Below, piece by piece: positions 59,364-64,000 of a stretch of 64,000 nt of DNA (position 1 is its first letter; every line of letters starts with the position of its first letter). Origin of the DNA: Clostridium sp. (GTDB taxonomy: Bacteria; Bacillota; Clostridia; Oscillospirales; Acutalibacteraceae). The translations under genes and the position numbers were made by a program. The stretch lies in the NCBI GenBank assembly GCA_031272895.1, contig JAISSW010000016.1:159098-223097 (forward strand), in the 5' to 3' direction. The notes under the pieces are model-generated. The model was given only the letters and a program-made list of their open reading frames with translations, did no database searches and was not told the DNA's origin.

Positions 59364-60362
59364 TCAATCAATCCGCATTGTGGCTTGAGGGTTGAAGTCC
59401 GCACCGGCGGTATTCCCCGCAAGGAATTCGTAATATCCCTGCGCCCCAACCATTGCTGCGTTATCTCCGCAAAGCCGTGCCTCCGGCAAAAAAAGCTCCC
59501 TGCCTTGCGCACTGCAGGCATCGCTCACCATTTGGCGCAGGCGGCTGTTTGCGCAAACCCCTCCCGCCAGCACAATCGGCAGCCTGCCCGCCGCTATCAG
59601 GGTATGCTCCGTAAGATAGGCGCAAACCGCCTCGCGGAAGGAGGCGCAGAAGTCAGCGACGGCGATTTCCTCCCCCTTTTGCTTGGCGCTGTTTATTGTG
59701 TTAAGCGCCGCTGTTTTTAACCCGGAAAAGCTGAAATCCAAGGTGTTTCCGCTCAGGCGCGGGCGCGGGAATTTATATGCCGTGCTGTCGCCGCCCTGCG
59801 CCGTAATATCCATATGCAGCCCGCCGGGGTAAGGCAAGCCCAATGAGCGCGCAACCTTATCCATTGCCTCGCCGGCGGCATCGTCGCGGGTTTGCGCAAG
59901 GATTTTGTACTCTGTCCAGCCCTCTACACGCACAAGGTGGCTGTGCCCGCCTGAGGCAATTAGTGCGGCAAATGGCGGCTTCAGCCGGGCATGGCTCAAA
60001 TAATTTGCCGCCACATGGGCGCGCAGATGGTGAACCGGAACAAGCGGCAGACCCGCGGACATACACAGCCCCTTGGCAAAATTTACCCCCACAAGCAGGG
60101 CGCCGATTAGCCCCGGCGCGCCCGTTACGGCTACCGCGTCAAGCTGCGTGTAGGCGGATAAGCCCGCCTGAGCCATTGCCTGCTCCGTCACCGCAACAAT
60201 AGCCTCCGTGTGCATTCGGGAGGCAATCTCCGGCACAACGCCGCCAAAGCGCTTGTGCTCCTCAATTTGGGAGGCGACTGAGCTTGAGAGGACCTTTCTT
60301 CCGTCCTCCACCACGGCGGCGGCTGTTTCGTCACAAGAGGATTCGATTGCAAGAATTTTCAT
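59364..60362 (-). CDS. tsaD: tRNA N6-adenosine threonylcarbamoyltransferase TsaD
   Basis: Starts MKILAIESSCDETAAAVV and contains HHLRAH and GGVCANSRLR. I prefer the ATG at 60362 (RBS GGAGGG). ATGA overlap with aroK. Confidence 0.95.
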   Translation of the reverse strand: MKILAIESSCDETAAAVVEDGRKVLSSSVASQIEEHKRFGGVVPEIASRMHTEAIVAVTEQAMAQAGLSAYTQLDAVAVTGAPGLIGALLVGVNFAKGLCMSAGLPLVPVHHLRAHVAANYLSHARLKPPFAALIASGGHSHLVRVEGWTEYKILAQTRDDAAGEAMDKVARSLGLPYPGGLHMDITAQGGDSTAYKFPRPRLSGNTLDFSFSGLKTAALNTINSAKQKGEEIAVADFCASFREAVCAYLTEHTLIAAGRLPIVLAGGVCANSRLRQMVSDACSAQGRELFLPEARLCGDNAAMVGAQGYYEFLAGNTAGADFNPQATMRID

Positions 60363-60871
60363 TCTTCCGCCCTCCAAAGCGCCATTTGCGCCACAAGCCG
60401 TTCCGCGCTGATGTTGTTTGCCTCAAAGCTCTTTTCCGCCCATTTTTTGTAAAGGGGCAGCCGCTCCTCGTAAAGCCTGTGAATGCTTTGCCCGGGGCGC
60501 GCCACAACCCCGCGGGCGGTAATATCCGCAATGCGGCGGGCTGCTTCCTCCGGCGAAATATCTATAAAATATATTTCGCCTTTTTCCCTTAAGCGCTCCA
60601 TTCCCTCGCCGCAATAAACGGCGCTGCCCCCGGTAGCCACGACTGTATTTTCTACGTCAACGGAAAGCAGGGCAGCGTTTTCCTCCCGCAAAAAGCCGTC
60701 AATGCCGCTCTGTTCAATAATTTGCGGCAGCAGCTTTCCGCAGCGCTGCTGAATAAGCAGGTCGGTATCCAAAAAACCCATGCCAAGCGTTTTGGCAAGC
60801 AAAACACCCGCCGTGCTTTTTCCGCTGGCGGGCATACCTATTAAAACAATGTTACTTTTTTTCATGCGCAT
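60359..60871 (-). CDS. aroK: Shikimate kinase (stand-alone)
   Basis: 170 aa. Walker A is VLIGMPASGKSTAGVLLA. Also present: LDTD and TGGSAV. The start could instead be the ATG at 60865. Confidence 0.85.
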   Translation of the reverse strand: MRMKKSNIVLIGMPASGKSTAGVLLAKTLGMGFLDTDLLIQQRCGKLLPQIIEQSGIDGFLREENAALLSVDVENTVVATGGSAVYCGEGMERLREKGEIYFIDISPEEAARRIADITARGVVARPGQSIHRLYEERLPLYKKWAEKSFEANNISAERLVAQMALWRAEE

Positions 60872-60921
60872 GAATTCAGGAATAAGGCGGGGAGAACACC
60901 GGGTTCCCCCCGCCGTTGCTT

Positions 60922-62718
60922 TTATTCCGCAGCCTCCCCTGCCAGCTCGCCCTCCTCGCGGCGGCGCGCCTGCAGTGATGCAAGGATTTCCTCATGCTCC
61001 TTGTTGTTAAGGGCATAGCGCCAGGTGGGAATGACGGAAAGCAGGTTGCCGATTGCGGGAATCACGGACACGCAGAAGAACAGCAGCGTCATGAACACAA
61101 ACAGCTGGTCGCCCGTCAGACGTCCATCAAGTGACGTGAACACCTCGTCGCCGCTGGGATTTGCGGCTCCGCCCTCGAAGAAGCGCTTTATAACGGTAAA
61201 GAAGTTGTCGCCCTTGTCAATCAGTCCCTGCATTTTACCGCGGATAGTGTCGTCGCCGCCGTCAACAAACTGCTGCACCAGCTTGACGTTGTTATCCGAA
61301 TAGCCGACAAGCTCACGCAAGCCGAAGTAAATTGCGCTGGAAAGCCCGGAGCCGATTTTGACGATGAAGGTCTGACCGGAGAAGAACACCGCGTCCGGAC
61401 GCAGGTGGTTGTGGTAATCCTCGTAGTCCACCGCGTCGCCAATCATAATTGTTTGCAGGGTGTTAAACAAGCCAAGGCAAATGCCCTTGATTGTGAACAT
61501 GAGGGCCATGGGAATAAGCATATACCATTCCGTAAGCCCCGCCGGCATGATGATAAACAGCAGGAACAGAATAACGTTGGGGAAGAACTCCAGGATGTTT
61601 GACAGGTTGTAGATGGTTTTTTTGCTGTATTTTTGCAGCAGCTTTGGCACAAAGATTGTGACGACGCCCATGCCGCCGAATAAGCCGCCGCCCAACAGAC
61701 CAAGGAAGAGGATAACCTGCACCGGGTCCTTTGAGGCAAAGTAGAAGTTGACAATTGCCATTGCCACAAGCATTGTAAGGTTGCGTGTGCCGCCCAAAAT
61801 GCCGGAGAGCAGGATTTGGCGGTACGGCTTGTTGCGGAACATTGTTTTGAAGTTCGCGATGACGCCGTTCCTTGAGGGGGACGGGGAGATGCGCTCGCGG
61901 CAGCAAATACCAACCAGCTGGAAAGTAATCACCGCAACAACAGTAAGCAGGATTGCCATATAAAGGAAAGCTTTTTTCTCGTTATCCAAAGAAACGGTAA
62001 GGTAGTCGTCAGCCGCCCAGCCATGCTTAGTTGCAATGCTGACTATTGTTTCTGTTACATTTTTTTTAGCCTCGGTCGCAACCTCGCCGTACTTAAAGCC
62101 GCTGTAGCCCCTGTTTGCCGCAACCATATCCATCAGGATTTCCTTGACCTTGAATGCCAAGGGCTGGAAACCGAGCATTACCGCCGCCGTGCCGATATAG
62201 GAGGCCAAGCGCCCCGCCGCCTGCAGCTTTTGGCGGGCTGTGGCGTCCTCTGTCATAAGGGAGGAAATGCCCCAAATGGGAATATCCCCGGCGGTGTAGG
62301 TCATGCCCCAAAAGATGTAAAACACCGCGGCAAGAACAATAACGCCGCCCTTTTTCCCCCAGCTGTCCGCGTTGCCGTCATAGGTCGGCAGGCTGAAGCA
62401 AAGTATGGTCATAACGCCGATGATGACCGGCATAACCATAAGGTAGGGGCGCATTTTGCCGTACTTCGTGCGTGTGCGGTCAACAATCGTTCCCATAATC
62501 GGGTCGTTGAAGGCGTCCCAAATTTGCGCGATCAGGAGGATTGCGCTGACGGCGCCCGCCGGTACACGCAAAACGTCCGCAAGGTAGTAGGACACAAAGA
62601 CGTTGATGATGTTGTAAATCATATTCTGCCCAAGCAGCCCTACCATGTAGGCGTTACGTTCCTTGGGGGAATAGGACTTGAGTGCGCCCTTCGGCGCGGC
62701 GGTTGGGGAATTGCTCAT
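60922..62718 (-). CDS. GPH-family sugar:cation symporter with a long hydrophilic insertion before the last TM and an acidic tail
   Basis: I prefer the ATG at 62718 (MSNSPTAAPKG...). WDAFNDPIMGTIVDRTRTKYGKMRPY is the GPH signature. A soluble stretch of about 90 aa (VGYSDNNVKLVQQFVDGGDD...TSLDGRLTGD) precedes the final TM segment. Confidence 0.7.
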   Translation of the reverse strand: MSNSPTAAPKGALKSYSPKERNAYMVGLLGQNMIYNIINVFVSYYLADVLRVPAGAVSAILLIAQIWDAFNDPIMGTIVDRTRTKYGKMRPYLMVMPVIIGVMTILCFSLPTYDGNADSWGKKGGVIVLAAVFYIFWGMTYTAGDIPIWGISSLMTEDATARQKLQAAGRLASYIGTAAVMLGFQPLAFKVKEILMDMVAANRGYSGFKYGEVATEAKKNVTETIVSIATKHGWAADDYLTVSLDNEKKAFLYMAILLTVVAVITFQLVGICCRERISPSPSRNGVIANFKTMFRNKPYRQILLSGILGGTRNLTMLVAMAIVNFYFASKDPVQVILFLGLLGGGLFGGMGVVTIFVPKLLQKYSKKTIYNLSNILEFFPNVILFLLFIIMPAGLTEWYMLIPMALMFTIKGICLGLFNTLQTIMIGDAVDYEDYHNHLRPDAVFFSGQTFIVKIGSGLSSAIYFGLRELVGYSDNNVKLVQQFVDGGDDTIRGKMQGLIDKGDNFFTVIKRFFEGGAANPSGDEVFTSLDGRLTGDQLFVFMTLLFFCVSVIPAIGNLLSVIPTWRYALNNKEHEEILASLQARRREEGELAGEAAE

Positions 62719-62849
62719 ACGGAAAACCCTTTCAGACAATTTATTTGCACATACCATGGTATTATAATAGATTTTACAAAAAAGTTCAAGTGCTTGGCTG
62801 AATATTTCGGATATTCTTCGCGGCGGCAGATTTTACCTGTGCGCGGCAC

Positions 62850-62878
62850 TTGCCAAAAAGCCTTGAATGTGCTATACT
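62850..62878 (+). promoter_or_regulatory. Sigma-A promoter for the LRR surface protein gene (TTGCCA-17 bp-TATACT, TGTGC-extended)
   Basis: TTGCCA at 62850-62855 and TATACT at 62873-62878. Confidence 0.5.
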
Positions 62879-62930
62879 TTGGGCATAGACGTTTACTTTT
62901 TTACTTTGGATTATAATGAGGTTAGACACC

Positions 62931-64000
62931 ATGAAGAAAACAACCGCCCTGCTGCTTGCCGTTATCTTTTTGTTGGGGATATTTGCCCCGGCGGTCTTTG
63001 CCGCGCCGGAATACGGTGTGGTTGGGGCAAAAACCAGCGGCGTGTTCACCTATACGCTAATAAACAGCGGCAAGGAGGTGCGCATTGACTATTCCGCCAA
63101 TGCAAAGGGGGCACTCACGATCCCCGCGAAAATAGCCGGCAAGCCCGTCACTCAAATCGGCGCGGGAGCCTTTTATACGCGCCAAATCACCAGCGTAACA
63201 ATCCCCTCCGGCGTTAAGAGCATAGGCGCGCACGCCTTTGATTTTTGCACAAGCCTAAAAACACTTACGCTGCCCGCCACGCTTACTTCAATCGGCACCT
63301 GGGCGTTTGCATTTTGCAGTGTGCTTGGCTCGGTAACAATACCCTCCAAGGTAAGCTCGGTCGGTGACTTTGCCTTTGCCTACTGCGAGGGTATGACGAA
63401 GGTTACAATACCAAGCAGCGTAACAAAAATCCCCGCAAGCTGCTTTGAGGGCTGCTCCAAGCTGAACAATGTTTCCCTCCCCTCCTCCGTAAAAACAATC
63501 GGCTCCTTGGCGTTTGCCGGCTGCTCCGCCCTGAGCAAGCTGAGTCTTACAAGCCAAATAACAACAATCGCCTCGAACGCCTTTTCTCAGTGCGGCAAGC
63601 TAAAGGCGCTGAGCATAAGCGCAACAATCGGCGTTGGGCAAAAATATACCCTGCCGGATTACAAAGCGGTAGCAAGCAGCGCATGGAAGGGCGGCAACAC
63701 AACGCTGCTCAAAAAAACAAGCGGCGTCACCTACCAAGGGCTTAAGGCCGGCAGCACAAGCTACTATGTCACGGATTCTGCGGGGCGCAAGCTGACCGTA
63801 AGCGTGACCGTTAAGGCCGCGCCCACAAAGGTTGTACTTAACAAAGCCATGACGCTTGGCGTTGGGGAAGCCGTTGCCACAAGCATAACCCTAACGCCCT
63901 CCGGCGCACTGGGCACAAGAACCTACAGCTCAAGCAATACCTCCGTCGCCACGGTGGATAAAAACGGCAAAGTCACGGCAAAGGCGGTCGGCACGGCAAG
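62931..64000 (+). CDS. Secreted BspA-like leucine-rich-repeat protein followed by Ig-like (Big_2-type) repeats; truncated at the right edge
   Basis: My own translation gives MKKTTALLLAVIFLLGIFAPAVFA, a signal peptide. Repeated LRR units of about 23 aa follow (ITSVTIPSGVKSIGAHAFDFCTSLKTLTLPATLTSIGTWAFAFC...). These are followed by VTVKAAPTKVVLNKAMTLGVGE...SSSNTSVATVDKNGKVTAKAVG. It is absent from the ORF track because no stop codon falls inside the window. Confidence 0.75.
   Translation, partial: MKKTTALLLAVIFLLGIFAPAVFAAPEYGVVGAKTSGVFTYTLINSGKEVRIDYSANAKGALTIPAKIAGKPVTQIGAGAFYTRQITSVTIPSGVKSIGAHAFDFCTSLKTLTLPATLTSIGTWAFAFCSVLGSVTIPSKVSSVGDFAFAYCEGMTKVTIPSSVTKIPASCFEGCSKLNNVSLPSSVKTIGSLAFAGCSALSKLSLTSQITTIASNAFSQCGKLKALSISATIGVGQKYTLPDYKAVASSAWKGGNTTLLKKTSGVTYQGLKAGSTSYYVTDSAGRKLTVSVTVKAAPTKVVLNKAMTLGVGEAVATSITLTPSGALGTRTYSSSNTSVATVDKNGKVTAKAVGTA

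Noticed and set aside
1-64000. Search for CRISPR arrays, tRNA/rRNA genes, IS elements, integrases, toxin-antitoxin pairs or known defence-system genes.
   Set aside because: None seen. I found no repeat-spacer periodicity, no cloverleaf-like conserved tRNA motifs in the intergenic regions, and no transposase, integrase, nuclease or helicase defence signatures among the translated ORFs.

Overview
Densely coding, high-GC segment (about 60-70% G+C by eye in most genes) of a spore-forming Firmicutes/Clostridia chromosome. An Oscillospiraceae/Ruminococcaceae-like origin is inference only. I support about 56 CDS and found no rRNA, tRNA, CRISPR array, IS element or transposase. Left to right: murB (truncated), an ArsC-family gene and radC. 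Next is a compact dcw cluster (mraZ-rsmH-ftsL-like-class B PBP-murE-mraY-ftsW), then a free-standing 47-aa ORF. Then come topA with a GH2-like gene, small housekeeping genes, rsfS-guaA, and a two-gene low-GC cassette at about 19.6-28.8 kb. Downstream are dpaBA (spoVF) divergent from the complete spoIIIAA-AH operon, an aromatic amino-acid block (permease-pheA-aroE/aroK fusion), GH35 beta-galactosidase, a trans-sulfuration lyase and a GPH symporter. The right part holds tgt-nusB, an SGNH protein, purA, ferritin, dnaB-tilS, a YbjN-like gene, gpr, an ECF sigma factor with a membrane beta-propeller partner and an orphan membrane protein. It ends with lexA-DUF4091-dprA, tsaD-aroK, a second GPH transporter and a BspA-like LRR surface protein that runs off the right edge. 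The best candidate for something undescribed is the low-GC cassette. It encodes a 2503-aa envelope protein in which I recognise no known domain, though it contains a module of roughly 450 aa repeated three times. Next to it is a divergent Lgt-family (prolipoprotein diacylglyceryl transferase-like) paralog. The cassette is preceded by an AT-rich control region carrying a T15 homopolymer and six copies of a TTGTG[C/T]AA motif. All functional calls come from reading the supplied translations and the DNA by eye. No database search or computation was run.
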